Virus record (IMG/VR): IMGVR_UViG_3300010330_000002
Span: 1-61,208 of that record
Strand: one strand, 5' to 3'
DNA: 61,208 nucleotides
Origin: a virus
Lineage: Duplodnaviria > Caudoviricetes
This document shows, in pieces, positions 1-10,647 of the stretch; position 1 is the first letter of the stretch; every line of letters starts with the position of its first letter. The translations under genes and the position numbers were made by a program. The notes below the pieces were generated by a model. That model was given only the letters and a program-made list of their open reading frames with translations, was not told the DNA's origin and searched no databases.

Positions 1-123
1 ATTGTTGATCAGGTAGTCTTAAATCAACCTAAAACAATGGACGATTATGTCCGAGACTTGGTTGATACCACTGTCATTACTTTAGGGCAGACCAGTTTGA
101 CTGGATTGCCAGGCATAGCTTTA
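1..123. repeat. Terminal direct repeat / circular assembly overlap (identical to 61086-61208)
   Basis: attgttgatc...gcatagcttta is identical at both ends, and an ORF reads in frame across the join. Confidence 0.97.
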
Positions 124-3100
124 CAAACACGGTTACAAAAGCAAGAGAAAGTAAGTCCAGATAAATTAATTGACGAAGCTCTTAAATCAGCGGAGCAACA
201 GCCTACTCCAGAGGCTGCTGGCGATACGGCACTGGCTGTATTGCCTCTAGTAATAACTTCGCTAAGCAAGTCTAAGATAGACGCTAACGACTATGCAGGT
301 TGGGCTAAACAAGCTGCTCTGGCCTATGAGAAAATAGCTAAAGCTATCCCTGATGAAGATACATTAGTCAAACAGACCCTTAGCGACACTGTCAAAGCTT
401 TTAAGCTTATAGCAAGTGGCAGAAAGCTAAAGGATGAGGAATTGCCTATTTTGTCCCATGCTAGTGCTGAGGTTGCAGAATGGCCCGATGATATACCAGG
501 CAAACAAGCCCTGCTAAAAGCTATTGATACAGCAATCAAGACTAATGAATTTCCTAAACCTGCTACTGCTGTTCCTGAGTCTAACTTACTTACTCTTGGG
601 TTTAAGGCTTCTGAGCAAAAGAAGCTTAGTGCCGAAGACAAGGAGAAGATTCTAAAGAACAAGATTAGCAGAAAAGATGTGGTTCTCAAAAGGGACGGTA
701 CAGTAGTTTATAAAAAGGAAAAAGCTGTTGGTGAGGAGTTAATCCCCAAAGAAACAACGCCTGCTCCCACTAAGGAAAAGAAGAAAGCGCTGCCTATAGA
801 AGAGGGAATGAAAAAGACTGTAGATGTCTATAAGAATTTGGGATACAGCGCTAAAGACATTTCATCTCTAGCTCCTGAAGAACTAGCTAGAATAAAGAAA
901 GAAAAGATTCCTCGGAAACAGGTAGATATTAAAGAAGGCAAAATTGTACCTAAATCAGTAGAGAAAGTTTCTGCTAAGGAAGTAAAACCTACAAAAGAGC
1001 TAATTCCTAAAGAGGAAAAGCCTCAACAGGCAATTGATATTACCAAATTATCTCAGACGCCTAAGTCTAAAATCGGTGATTTAGTAACCATTGATGAAAA
1101 TGCAAAAGAACTCGTATCTGTAAAAGGCAATAAAGTAACTGTTCATCCTGATTTCTTTAAGAAGAGGAAAGTAACTCGTGCAAAGCTTCTACAAGAAGCT
1201 ATTCAACAAAAACCAGAACAAGCTCCGCCTCAGAAACAAAAAGTACCTCCTCCTAAATTTACAGATACGCAAAAGCGGTCGCTTAAAAAACTGGGGTACA
1301 GCGATAAGCAAATAAAAAGAATGAAAGCGGAAGCCGCTAAGGAAATCTTGTCTAAGAAGATCAAAGCCGATTTTGTTAGTGTAAAACAAGATGGAACTAT
1401 AAAAGTATTTAAAGAGAGTAACGAAGTAGAAGCGGCTCTGAAAAAGAAAGCCAAGGTTCTCAAGAAGAAGCCTAAAGCCGTATCCTTGCCTGAATTTCCA
1501 AAGATGAAAAAAGGGAAAGAGTCCCCTGAATTAGCAGCTAAAGTGTATAAAATAAACTACGATGGCCAATGGCCCGAAGGCTCTATGATGGGCAAACTTA
1601 GTGGTGCATACTCCTTTACTTTGACTGGAAAGACTCATCCTGTTTTTGAGAAAAAGGGCGGGGCAACTACTATAGTTGTGCCTAAAGGAGAACTCCACAA
1701 ACTGCCTGAAATCATCAAACAAAAAGTTAAGGAATACGAAGCAGAGACGGGGCTGTCTGCTCCTGAGCTTATTCCAGGACATCCTGTTAAATCAGAGGCC
1801 AAGAATTTAGAACAAGCTCCCTCTAAAAAGATGAGGTTGTTTAAAGTAAATATGAAAGCCCTTAAACGAGTGAAAGCTTCTCCCACTATTGAGGATAAAA
1901 TAAGTGCTGCTTATTTTAGATTTCAACCTACATGGGAAAAGTTTACAGGGAAAGGGCGGTATTTAATGCCCAATCTTGGCAGGACCAAGCTCGTACAAAA
2001 AGAAGCCAAGGCCAGAGGCGTTCAAGATAAAGACTTGTTTAGGCTTGACTATTTGCTAAGCGCCAAAGAATGGTTAGCTGGAACCAATTTCAAAGAACAG
2101 ATTAAAAAAGGACTAATTACCGAAAAAGAAGCTCAAGCCAGAATTAGGTTTTTCGATAAGTTCGGTGAAAACGTTTTCAGATTTAAGTCCGAGCTAACGT
2201 CTGGTCTAACGGATATGTTTCGTAAATGGGCGGAAGGAGAGCCTTATCGGTTAGACCCTGACGAACCTGATTCTCCTCATATTAACAACATAATTAAAGA
2301 AGCACAGGGAACTCCCAAAGAGAAAATTGCTCCTCGTTATACTCTAAAGGAGTTGCTACATCCACCAAAAGACAAGGCAGAAGATATATCCAACCATCTG
2401 GCATATAGCTTAGCCTACACCATAATGGATCGCTACATCAGGTTGGCTAAGAGCATAGGAGAGTCTGCATTAGAAACTTTGTTGGATAACATGCTAACGT
2501 ATGGCCTGGTCCATTACGAAATGGCCCTTGAAGACGAAGATTCCTTTTTCTTCAACGAAATGGCCCCTACTGAACTGTCCGACGAACAAATTCAGCAGCT
2601 TCTAAAAAATACCACCTTTGACAAAATTGCGGACTACTTGGAGAATTTCCACTTCTTCTATCTAAAGAATAACATGGGGCTTCATAAGCTGGACACCATT
2701 CTAGGACTGTCCGCAGGGTTAATGAAATATACAATGGACCTAATAAGGTCTGAAGAATATTTTGAATCCAATGATGCGGGACGGCTAGTAAGGAATGAAG
2801 TAAAGAATGTAGTTTTTCCTGCTATTCAGCGAATTATCCAGGCTGCCGATAGGCTAATGGTAGTAAGTCGAGACATTAAACATATTGTCGGCATCAAAGG
2901 CATTATGAAAAAGCTGGAGCGCATGATAATAGCATATCAGAATAAGGAGATAGACAACCCTGACAAGTATATCCGCACGTTAGAGCCTTATTGGAGAAAA
3001 GTAATCCTTCCTTACCTGAGCCGTAACGAAAGAGCCTTAGCTGAAAAAATAGGCAGTGAAGAATTTTATGCTTCTAAGAAAGAAGGTCTGGCAGAAAAGA

Positions 3101-6100
3101 TGCTGGACAATCTGGTCAGTCGAATAGATGCGCACGGCGCCAGTGCTAACGGATTTAAAAAGCTGATTACTCAGCCCAATGCAAATGCCTACCAAGGGTT
3201 ATTATATCTAGCCAAACACGCTCAATCGGCCCATGTGCGCTATATGGCTAGCATGTTGAGCGATCTAGGGTACGCTGCAAGGGCGCTACCTGATGTAGAG
3301 ATGAGAATAGCACGCACGCCACGCTCATCTAGGGCGATATTTAACCCCAGGGGGCCTAAAGTCGGGGCTATTTCTATCAGACCAGGACTATCTTCTTCTG
3401 AGATGGAAGCATGTTTCTTGCACGAAGTAGTCCATGCCCTTACTTATTATAGACTGTCTATTAATAAAGAAGCGAATAGGCAAATCAAAGACTTGATGAA
3501 GGAAGTCAGAAAGCACCTGTCCAGCGCTGAAAAGAAAGTAGCAGACCTTCTACTTGAAACTGTAAGATCAAAGACTGAAGTTGATTGGAAAGAAATAAAT
3601 AGAATTGTCACTGGAGACGAATCTTTCAGGAAACACTTTGATGAATTTGGGGAACATTGGTATGGATTACTTTATGCTTTTTCGGACCCTCATGAGTTTA
3701 CGGCATATGCTATGTCTGACCCCTCTGCATACTTATTCCTTAACAGTATCGAAATTGAAACAGAACCTAAAAAATCTCTGTGGGACAAAGTAGTTAATTT
3801 TGTAGCTGATTTATTAGGAATAGGCAAAGAGAAAGCTGCTCTGTGGACAGAGTCTGTCAAAGGTGTATTGAATATTATTAAACAAAGTCATCTGAGGGAA
3901 GTCGCAGAGCTTAAATCTATACGAGGTGAACCCCGATTCTCCGATTATCTGAAAAAACAAATAATGGGGGAAGCGCCTGCTGAAGAAGCTCTAAAAGATT
4001 TCCAAGTCAAACAATTTGATGGCGAACTTGCTCAGTTTGCTCCTTCTTTGAATGACTATGATTATGAGCACCTAAAAGGTTTTGCTAAACAAATCTTAAA
4101 GCAGTCGCCGAAGGCTGCTCCCAAGCTTGCAGATATAGGAAAAGTTCGTAAGGCAGTGGGGCTACCGTTGTGGACTTCTCTTATACATCCAGAATTTGCT
4201 CCTTTATTCAAACACGTAGTTAAAGCTATGGAAGAGAAGAACTTTTCCCTCCATAATATTTTGGAATCGGGAGATATATACTTCTCCCAACTCAATAATG
4301 AGGAGAAGGAAGCAGTCAATGCCGCTGTTAAAATAAGTGACGCTCTTAATATCAAGTTCAGTAAAAAAGAACTTGCTGAATTTCCTACTACTGTCAAAAA
4401 GCTTAAACAACTTTTTAATCAGCTTTTCTTGTACAGAAATGCTCCTGCCGCTATACGGCAACAGCTTTTGGAACAATCTGAATTTGATTTGCCCAAAGAG
4501 TATTCGCAACCAGAATATATTAAGCGGTTTAAGTATTTTTTTGATTATGCTTTGCCCAGCCTTAAAGTTAAAAAGATTTTCGGTACTGCTGCCGACGGGT
4601 ATTACAATTACCGAGAGGTAACTAACAAGACAGCGGAGCATATTTCTGACAAGCTTTTAACTCTTATCATTGATACTGTCATAAAAGACCCTATGGCAGC
4701 TAATACGGTATTTACCCTAATAAAGCATCCTAAACTAAAAGAGCAGTTGTCCAAAGAAAGTATGGCTATCTATAGGCCGTTAATAGAAGAAATAGAAAAT
4801 CATTCTTTGTTCAAAAAATATGAAAAGATTAGGGAGTTGATAGATAAGCTAGATTTTTACAGCCCTCGATACAGGGATCAGGACGCTGCTGAAATGATAG
4901 TAGCTTTCGATAAAGAAGCGTTTAAAGCCTCTTTTTCAAAACATATCGCTCAAACTGGAAGCAGAGCCAAAGCTTTGGAGAAGGTCTATAATGATCTCTC
5001 CCAGCAAAACAAAGTATATCTGAGAGAGCATGTCAGGCGCATAGACCCTGATATGCACAAAAAGATAGATAGAGCCAAAAAAGTATTTGGTAAAGAAAAC
5101 GTAGTGCTGTTGCTCCCTAATTACAAATTGGCAGAAAGCGTTTATGGGGATATTACCGAAGGCAATGTAGGTTCTTTCCTGGAAACTTTGGCTAATAAGA
5201 CTAAAACTGCTCAAGCCAACCCCGAAACTTTGAGCAATATTCTTAATGAGATTTCTAATATCATTGAAGAAGAACTTTTAGCTAGAAGTAGGGCGGGGCA
5301 AAAGTTCTTACATAGAAATCCTTATTTGATTTTAGGTTATCATTTGGACAAAACTACTGAAGAAACGTTTAACTATGTCAACAACGCTGCTAACTATATG
5401 GCTCGTATTGATGCTTTGGTTAATGGGCTGCCTCTGCTAAACAGGATTGACCCTAAACAACAGCCAAAATTGAGGGACTATGCCCATAAGTGGTTTTTCG
5501 ATCAGCTTAAACCACAAACTCAATTCGATAAGGTAGTCGGTAAAACCAAGGCGTATATGTTTTTGTGGTATTTGAGCGGGATGCTTCGTCCTGCGGCAGT
5601 ACAAACTACTCAGATGTTTGTCAGTACCATACCTTTGGCCAAAACTATTTACAAGATACCGATGAGCAAATCTATCAATCTATTTATGAAGGCTTACAAA
5701 GATGTAATCCTCAGCGGTAGTATAGAAGATAATGACAATCTGACTGAAGACGAAAAGAAGTTTTTGAATGTTACTTATGCCAAAGGTGTAACTACCGCCC
5801 AGTTTATCAATCAAATAAGAGACGAGGTAGCGGGGAGTGGTGGCTGGGCCGTTAAGGCAGCAACATGGCTGTCTACTCCGTTTGCATATATGGAACAAAC
5901 CAACCGTCTGGCTACCGCTTTAGGGGTATATAGGTTCTTTAAAGAAGGCAACAAAGGCATTAAACCTGACGATCCTACGTTGATTAACGAAGCTACTGAC
6001 CTAATTAATATGTCCCATTTTCTAATGGGAAAGCTAAACCTACCTTCTATTGCTACAGGTGGCACTGTGCCTCAAGGTTTGGCCCGACTAGCAGTGACAT

Positions 6101-6966
6101 TTAGGTCGTTTACCATGAACCTTATGGAATTATATAACTATACTTTGCGTCATATGCCTGCTAGTAAAAAGTTATGGGACCTGAATAAAGAAGGGCTAGA
6201 GTTTGTAGCATATAGCCTCCTAGCATTTACAATGTTTGGAGGGCTCCTTTCTATACCTTTCCTTGATGATTTGCTCAAATTACTTGAGCGACAGACAGGC
6301 AAGCCATTGAGACGCCAGTTCTTTAAAAAGATAGGCGATATTAATAGCCCGTTGGCTTATAGCCTGGAGCGAGGGCTGCCCTCATTGATAGGAGTAGATT
6401 TAAGTGGTTCTCTAAAGATAGAGATACCGACTTCTCCTTCTGATGCGCTGAACGCAATATTTGGCGTATATGGCGGCCTGGCCAAAAACGCTACGGACTC
6501 TCTTGTCGCATATCAAGGATTTGATAAGATCAACGCTGTTTATAGAATTTTGCCCCAGTTCATAGGCAATCCTCTAAAAGCATACGAAACATATAAAGGA
6601 TTGAAAAACCAATACAATAAACCTATATATGACGAAAACGGAAAACCTATTAAAGCTACTCCGTTAGAGGCTTTATTAATTGCCACAGGGTTTCGTCCTA
6701 CCAGGTTTGGGAAGACGTATTCTTATAAAAGCGCAGCAAGAAACATAGCTGCTCATTTTAGAGAAAGGCGAAATAAAATTTATAATATGTTTAGGTCGGC
6801 AGAGACACCTGCGCAACGTAAAAAAGTATTAGAAGAAATAATGAAATACAACAAGGAAGCATCTAAGTACATCACTGTTCCTAGAATAACTCTCAGGGCT
6901 CTTACTGCCGCTATTACCCCCAAGAGGGAGAAACTAGCTGAAGAACTAAGAATGAGAGGCCTCTAA
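37..6966 (+). CDS. Giant internal virion/ejection-type polyvalent protein, C-terminal part (true start 60381 across the junction, ~2556 aa); contains a zincin HExxH metallopeptidase-like motif
   Basis: Last gene of the structural operon; FLHEVVHALT...HEFTAYAMSDP; Lys-rich repeats; open frame from 60381 through the junction. Confidence 0.75.
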   Translation: MDDYVRDLVDTTVITLGQTSLTGLPGIALQTRLQKQEKVSPDKLIDEALKSAEQQPTPEAAGDTALAVLPLVITSLSKSKIDANDYAGWAKQAALAYEKIAKAIPDEDTLVKQTLSDTVKAFKLIASGRKLKDEELPILSHASAEVAEWPDDIPGKQALLKAIDTAIKTNEFPKPATAVPESNLLTLGFKASEQKKLSAEDKEKILKNKISRKDVVLKRDGTVVYKKEKAVGEELIPKETTPAPTKEKKKALPIEEGMKKTVDVYKNLGYSAKDISSLAPEELARIKKEKIPRKQVDIKEGKIVPKSVEKVSAKEVKPTKELIPKEEKPQQAIDITKLSQTPKSKIGDLVTIDENAKELVSVKGNKVTVHPDFFKKRKVTRAKLLQEAIQQKPEQAPPQKQKVPPPKFTDTQKRSLKKLGYSDKQIKRMKAEAAKEILSKKIKADFVSVKQDGTIKVFKESNEVEAALKKKAKVLKKKPKAVSLPEFPKMKKGKESPELAAKVYKINYDGQWPEGSMMGKLSGAYSFTLTGKTHPVFEKKGGATTIVVPKGELHKLPEIIKQKVKEYEAETGLSAPELIPGHPVKSEAKNLEQAPSKKMRLFKVNMKALKRVKASPTIEDKISAAYFRFQPTWEKFTGKGRYLMPNLGRTKLVQKEAKARGVQDKDLFRLDYLLSAKEWLAGTNFKEQIKKGLITEKEAQARIRFFDKFGENVFRFKSELTSGLTDMFRKWAEGEPYRLDPDEPDSPHINNIIKEAQGTPKEKIAPRYTLKELLHPPKDKAEDISNHLAYSLAYTIMDRYIRLAKSIGESALETLLDNMLTYGLVHYEMALEDEDSFFFNEMAPTELSDEQIQQLLKNTTFDKIADYLENFHFFYLKNNMGLHKLDTILGLSAGLMKYTMDLIRSEEYFESNDAGRLVRNEVKNVVFPAIQRIIQAADRLMVVSRDIKHIVGIKGIMKKLERMIIAYQNKEIDNPDKYIRTLEPYWRKVILPYLSRNERALAEKIGSEEFYASKKEGLAEKMLDNLVSRIDAHGASANGFKKLITQPNANAYQGLLYLAKHAQSAHVRYMASMLSDLGYAARALPDVEMRIARTPRSSRAIFNPRGPKVGAISIRPGLSSSEMEACFLHEVVHALTYYRLSINKEANRQIKDLMKEVRKHLSSAEKKVADLLLETVRSKTEVDWKEINRIVTGDESFRKHFDEFGEHWYGLLYAFSDPHEFTAYAMSDPSAYLFLNSIEIETEPKKSLWDKVVNFVADLLGIGKEKAALWTESVKGVLNIIKQSHLREVAELKSIRGEPRFSDYLKKQIMGEAPAEEALKDFQVKQFDGELAQFAPSLNDYDYEHLKGFAKQILKQSPKAAPKLADIGKVRKAVGLPLWTSLIHPEFAPLFKHVVKAMEEKNFSLHNILESGDIYFSQLNNEEKEAVNAAVKISDALNIKFSKKELAEFPTTVKKLKQLFNQLFLYRNAPAAIRQQLLEQSEFDLPKEYSQPEYIKRFKYFFDYALPSLKVKKIFGTAADGYYNYREVTNKTAEHISDKLLTLIIDTVIKDPMAANTVFTLIKHPKLKEQLSKESMAIYRPLIEEIENHSLFKKYEKIRELIDKLDFYSPRYRDQDAAEMIVAFDKEAFKASFSKHIAQTGSRAKALEKVYNDLSQQNKVYLREHVRRIDPDMHKKIDRAKKVFGKENVVLLLPNYKLAESVYGDITEGNVGSFLETLANKTKTAQANPETLSNILNEISNIIEEELLARSRAGQKFLHRNPYLILGYHLDKTTEETFNYVNNAANYMARIDALVNGLPLLNRIDPKQQPKLRDYAHKWFFDQLKPQTQFDKVVGKTKAYMFLWYLSGMLRPAAVQTTQMFVSTIPLAKTIYKIPMSKSINLFMKAYKDVILSGSIEDNDNLTEDEKKFLNVTYAKGVTTAQFINQIRDEVAGSGGWAVKAATWLSTPFAYMEQTNRLATALGVYRFFKEGNKGIKPDDPTLINEATDLINMSHFLMGKLNLPSIATGGTVPQGLARLAVTFRSFTMNLMELYNYTLRHMPASKKLWDLNKEGLEFVAYSLLAFTMFGGLLSIPFLDDLLKLLERQTGKPLRRQFFKKIGDINSPLAYSLERGLPSLIGVDLSGSLKIEIPTSPSDALNAIFGVYGGLAKNATDSLVAYQGFDKINAVYRILPQFIGNPLKAYETYKGLKNQYNKPIYDENGKPIKATPLEALLIATGFRPTRFGKTYSYKSAARNIAAHFRERRNKIYNMFRSAETPAQRKKVLEEIMKYNKEASKYITVPRITLRALTAAITPKREKLAEELRMRGL

Positions 6967-9320
6967 AACGCTAAAGTAGTTCCAACCTTTCCATCAGTTT
7001 CAATGGGGTATCCTACAGTGATACCCCAATTCTTTTTTATATATTCTTTGGTCCTGTTCTCGAAACAATCCTTTAAGATTTCTTGGCATTTCTCTACCAC
7101 GTCTTCTCTAGCTCGGTAATAATAGGCGTCGTGGATGAATAGATTAGTCAATTTGACTTTGGTTCTAAGTCTAGGCTGGCTCATTATTTCTTTGTAGAAC
7201 AGGCTTACCCCCAAACAAGCCAACTCCGAACTAAAGTTTTGGACTGGAGTATTGATAGCCTGCCTTTCTGCTTTGCTTCTCCAATAAATATCTTTGTCAT
7301 TGATCTTGGGCAAATGGCGTATCCTGCCCAATACACATCTAACGTGTCCTAATCTTGATGCTATTGCTACCATCTTTTTATGGTAAATAGGCAGGCGCCA
7401 GTACCCGTTGGGTACAGAGAAAAATTTCTCTCTATAAAGGGTAGCTTCTTTTTCAGTTAGAACTATGTCATAGTTTTTAAACGCATAATCTACTAAGGTT
7501 TTGGCTTGCATACCATAAAGCAATCCAAACACTACTGGTTTTGCTTTTTGCCTTTGTTCTTTAGTTACCTTGTCATAGGAAACTCCTGCTAATATGGATG
7601 CGGTGTAAGTATGAATATCTAATCCCTTATTCAAGGCCCCCAGAATGTTCTCGTCTCCTGCCAACCATCCTGCTATTCTTACTTCGCTCTGGGAAAGGTC
7701 TTGCGTGGCTATTACATACCCGTCTTCGGTAGTTATCAGTTCTAAGATATATTTAGCCAGGTCTCCATGAGTAGGGAATTGTTGTAGAGGCGGGTCAAGA
7801 ATAACCGTCCTTCCCGTAACAGTACCTGTAAGAAATATTTTAGGATAGATATAGCCATCTGGCTTTAGGTTTTTCCTAAGCAGAGGAATGTAAGTGCTTA
7901 GAATCTTTTTTATTCTATTATACCTAATAAGATCAGCAACCCAGGGATTGTCTTTAAACCGTTTCAGATGATGTTTGTCTGTAGAGGGTTGTTGAGTTTT
8001 CTCTGTAAAAGAGATTGGTTTTAAGCCCAAACCTTCTTTGGTAAACATATATTTTGCTATGACGTTGGGTGTGAGCTTTTCGGCGTCTGGTGGCAGGAGC
8101 TTTTCCTCTAGTTTGGATAGCTCGTCGTACAAGACATCCTCATTTTCATCGAGCTTTTTAAGATTTATAGGCCATCCTGTTTGTGAGATATTGGCAAACG
8201 CATTTTCTACAGGAATCATATAATAGTAATAATACCGTAGCAGTTTCTTATCTCGGCTAATCCGTGGAGCTAATTCTTTATAGACTTGGAGAGTAGCTTT
8301 TGCATCAATGGCAACGTATTTGAGTAACTTGGCTTTGCTTATTTCTGATAGGTTGCTACGGTTGTGCCCGACTATATCTTTTATGTTATACATATCAGTG
8401 TAGACATTGGCCAGATGCTCCAAATTATATGCTTCCATGTTTTCATCTACTACATGAGCCATAGTCATTACATCGTAAATCGGGCCTTTTACTTCACACT
8501 TCAAATTCTTTTTGCATATCCATTCATCAAATGGGCGGTTATGTACTACTTTAATTATCTTGGGGTCAGAAAGAATTTGCTTGATCTTGGGTTTAAGTTT
8601 ATTGTCTTTGATTCTAGCGGAATAAATCTTGTCTTTTCCTGCTACTGAAATGGCCAAGACTTCGCCGTTAGTATGAACTACGTCTAGGTTTTCTGTCTCC
8701 AGATCAAAGGCTACTACTTTGGAAGTTGGAGGGTCGATAGAGGAATATTCTATCTCTATCTCTGGAGTTTTACCGTGTTTTAGATATTCCACTGCTTCTT
8801 TGATGTCTGAGTAGAAAAGTTTTTCTGCCTCTCCCATTTTTGATACAGGGATATTAGGATAGCCAGCATGGGCCTGTCTTAGAATATATGAGGGATGGTA
8901 CGTTGCTATGTAAGTATACGGCCCTACGTTGTGTATTTCTCCTCGGAACTTGCCAATCTTTTTTCTGTTTAAGTGTTGAAGCAGGGACCATTCTCCCAGC
9001 AAAACAATAAGATCAGGTTTGAGTATTTCGAGGGCCTGCATTACATATTCTTTGCAATGTTTTACTGCCGATTCGATGTCTGCTCTAGAATCATTAGGCA
9101 GTTTGGGGCATCGCATCGAATTTAAAATAGAGTAATCCTTTCTACTTAGCCCAAAAAGTGAAAACGTTTTCATTAGCAATTGCCCACTTGGGCCGATGAA
9201 AGGCTTACCAGATTCTAATTCTTCCCTGCCAGGACATTCCCCTATTACAACAAGTTTAGGAGAATTCCTCTCGTACTTAACCTTCGGTCTTCCTTTGAAT
9301 GGACAGTCTTTACAGCTCAT
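6963..9320 (-). CDS. polA: Family A DNA polymerase with N-terminal family-4 uracil-DNA glycosylase domain and 3'-5' exonuclease
   Basis: UDG: CxxC, IGECPG, PFIGPSG, YHPSY; Exo: FDLET, HNRPFD, YVAIDA; Pol: DLSQSEVRI, RQKAKPVVFGLLYG, FIHDA. Confidence 0.95.
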   Translation of the reverse strand: MSCKDCPFKGRPKVKYERNSPKLVVIGECPGREELESGKPFIGPSGQLLMKTFSLFGLSRKDYSILNSMRCPKLPNDSRADIESAVKHCKEYVMQALEILKPDLIVLLGEWSLLQHLNRKKIGKFRGEIHNVGPYTYIATYHPSYILRQAHAGYPNIPVSKMGEAEKLFYSDIKEAVEYLKHGKTPEIEIEYSSIDPPTSKVVAFDLETENLDVVHTNGEVLAISVAGKDKIYSARIKDNKLKPKIKQILSDPKIIKVVHNRPFDEWICKKNLKCEVKGPIYDVMTMAHVVDENMEAYNLEHLANVYTDMYNIKDIVGHNRSNLSEISKAKLLKYVAIDAKATLQVYKELAPRISRDKKLLRYYYYYMIPVENAFANISQTGWPINLKKLDENEDVLYDELSKLEEKLLPPDAEKLTPNVIAKYMFTKEGLGLKPISFTEKTQQPSTDKHHLKRFKDNPWVADLIRYNRIKKILSTYIPLLRKNLKPDGYIYPKIFLTGTVTGRTVILDPPLQQFPTHGDLAKYILELITTEDGYVIATQDLSQSEVRIAGWLAGDENILGALNKGLDIHTYTASILAGVSYDKVTKEQRQKAKPVVFGLLYGMQAKTLVDYAFKNYDIVLTEKEATLYREKFFSVPNGYWRLPIYHKKMVAIASRLGHVRCVLGRIRHLPKINDKDIYWRSKAERQAINTPVQNFSSELACLGVSLFYKEIMSQPRLRTKVKLTNLFIHDAYYYRAREDVVEKCQEILKDCFENRTKEYIKKNWGITVGYPIETDGKVGTTLAF

Positions 9321-9556
9321 TGTTTGTCCAAATATGTTTGCATGTTATGCATTAGACGACTTAACAAACCTAACAAAGTAACTACTCTATCGTCCCCTGC
9401 GAAAAACGTAGCTACCAAGACTTCTTTGTCTTCGGGGTTATCATATTCATACGCTACACAGAAATTGCGTAACTTTCCATCTTCCAACAATTGTAATATT
9501 TCTGATAACGTAGCGTGCGCTTGCCCGTGCTCAACTATTTTGATTATTTCAGCCAT
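9317..9556 (-). CDS. Hypothetical protein
   Basis: Translationally coupled ORF with GGAG RBS. Confidence 0.7.
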   Translation of the reverse strand: MAEIIKIVEHGQAHATLSEILQLLEDGKLRNFCVAYEYDNPEDKEVLVATFFAGDDRVVTLLGLLSRLMHNMQTYLDKQ

Positions 9557-9857
9557 CGTTCTCTCCTTCCAAAATACTTAGCAAGTCTTTAATCCTTAAT
9601 ACAGCGTAATCATTCTCATATCTTTTACCTTTGATATGCACGACTAATAAAGGGAGCTTATCTTTTGGAGTGTACTTTTCTGCCTGGGCAAACCAGGATT
9701 CTATAACTGATTTAACTCTGGATTTACACTCAATAGCAAATTTATCTGCTAAGACATCGACTCCACCTAATGTACCTAGATTCAATCCTTTGAATAATTC
9801 AGCTATCCTTTTTTGGTGTTCCTTCCCTCTTTGCCTGTTTCTTTTTGGATTTGCCAA
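9549..9857 (-). CDS. PD-(D/E)xK Holliday-junction-resolvase-like nuclease
   Basis: RQRGKEHQ...VDVL...IECKSR; likely TTG start at 9857 after AAGGAGG. Confidence 0.7.
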   Translation of the reverse strand: MANPKRNRQRGKEHQKRIAELFKGLNLGTLGGVDVLADKFAIECKSRVKSVIESWFAQAEKYTPKDKLPLLVVHIKGKRYENDYAVLRIKDLLSILEGENDG

Positions 9858-10647
9858 AACACACCTCCTTAAAAGGACATTTTTTAGCATTTGGGGATAG
9901 CTCTGTTCTACACCCACGTTCAGGTATAGTTTTACTTGTCATATCTTTAAGAAGCTGGGGTATTCTTTCATCCAAACCATAGACTTTTCTGTCTATTAGA
10001 AAGGATTTAATACCCAGTTTTTGGAAATCTTTCTTGAAATAAATTATATATGCTTCTTCTTTGTCAACACGATATTTATCGAACGCTGGGTCTTTGACAA
10101 CGAATTTATTGTTGTGCATCCAGAGATAACCGCAACTCTGGACTAGATGATCAAATAGAGGTTCCTCTAATTTATCAAATTCTTTTGCTTCCATACTTTT
10201 TATTTCTGCAATAAAGACTTTATTGCCTACTCTAATAAAAGCGTCTACGCTTCCCGTCAGGGAAAACCAACCTCTTGTTAACTCAAGCCCATATTCCTCT
10301 AGTTTCATGTTGTACGGGTTACATTTTAATCCCTTAAAATCTGGATAAGAAATGTAGTGTGTTTTACCGCAATCGAAGCATTTCCACTTGGAAATAAGAT
10401 AGGAACTGTATTGAGATAGCAGGCGTTGTATTAGGATGCCATAACTAAATGCTAAGACCATCTGTTTAGGAAACGCACGTTTGAACCTGAAATTAGTCCC
10501 GTTTTTTCTGGCATACCATACTGCCCGTGGGCAGATATTTACTAGATCACTTACATGGAAATGAAGATTTACTCGTTTACTACCAGTAAATTTATCAATC
10601 ATGTTTTGATACAGATCGTTCTCTATTTGGGAATCGAATGATGTCAT
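9799..10647 (-). CDS. Cas4-like PD-(D/E)xK exonuclease
   Basis: SDL..CPR, GSVD..EIKS, Q..GY, C-terminal C..CPFKEVC Fe-S-type cysteines. Confidence 0.8.
   Translation of the reverse strand: MTSFDSQIENDLYQNMIDKFTGSKRVNLHFHVSDLVNICPRAVWYARKNGTNFRFKRAFPKQMVLAFSYGILIQRLLSQYSSYLISKWKCFDCGKTHYISYPDFKGLKCNPYNMKLEEYGLELTRGWFSLTGSVDAFIRVGNKVFIAEIKSMEAKEFDKLEEPLFDHLVQSCGYLWMHNNKFVVKDPAFDKYRVDKEEAYIIYFKKDFQKLGIKSFLIDRKVYGLDERIPQLLKDMTSKTIPERGCRTELSPNAKKCPFKEVCFGKSKKKQAKREGTPKKDS

Noticed and set aside
1-123. 123-bp end repeat as a biological terminal repeat
   Set aside because: It falls mid-gene with the ORF reading through, which is most consistent with an assembler overlap of a circular contig
6963-9320. 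Uracil-substituted genome hypothesis (PyrE present, no thymidylate synthase)
   Set aside because: The fused UDG retains its catalytic motifs, which argues against dU-DNA; no UDG inhibitor recognised
9799-10647. Cas4-like gene as evidence of CRISPR-Cas
   Set aside because: No other cas genes or repeat-spacer array; solo Cas4-like nucleases are common in phage replication modules
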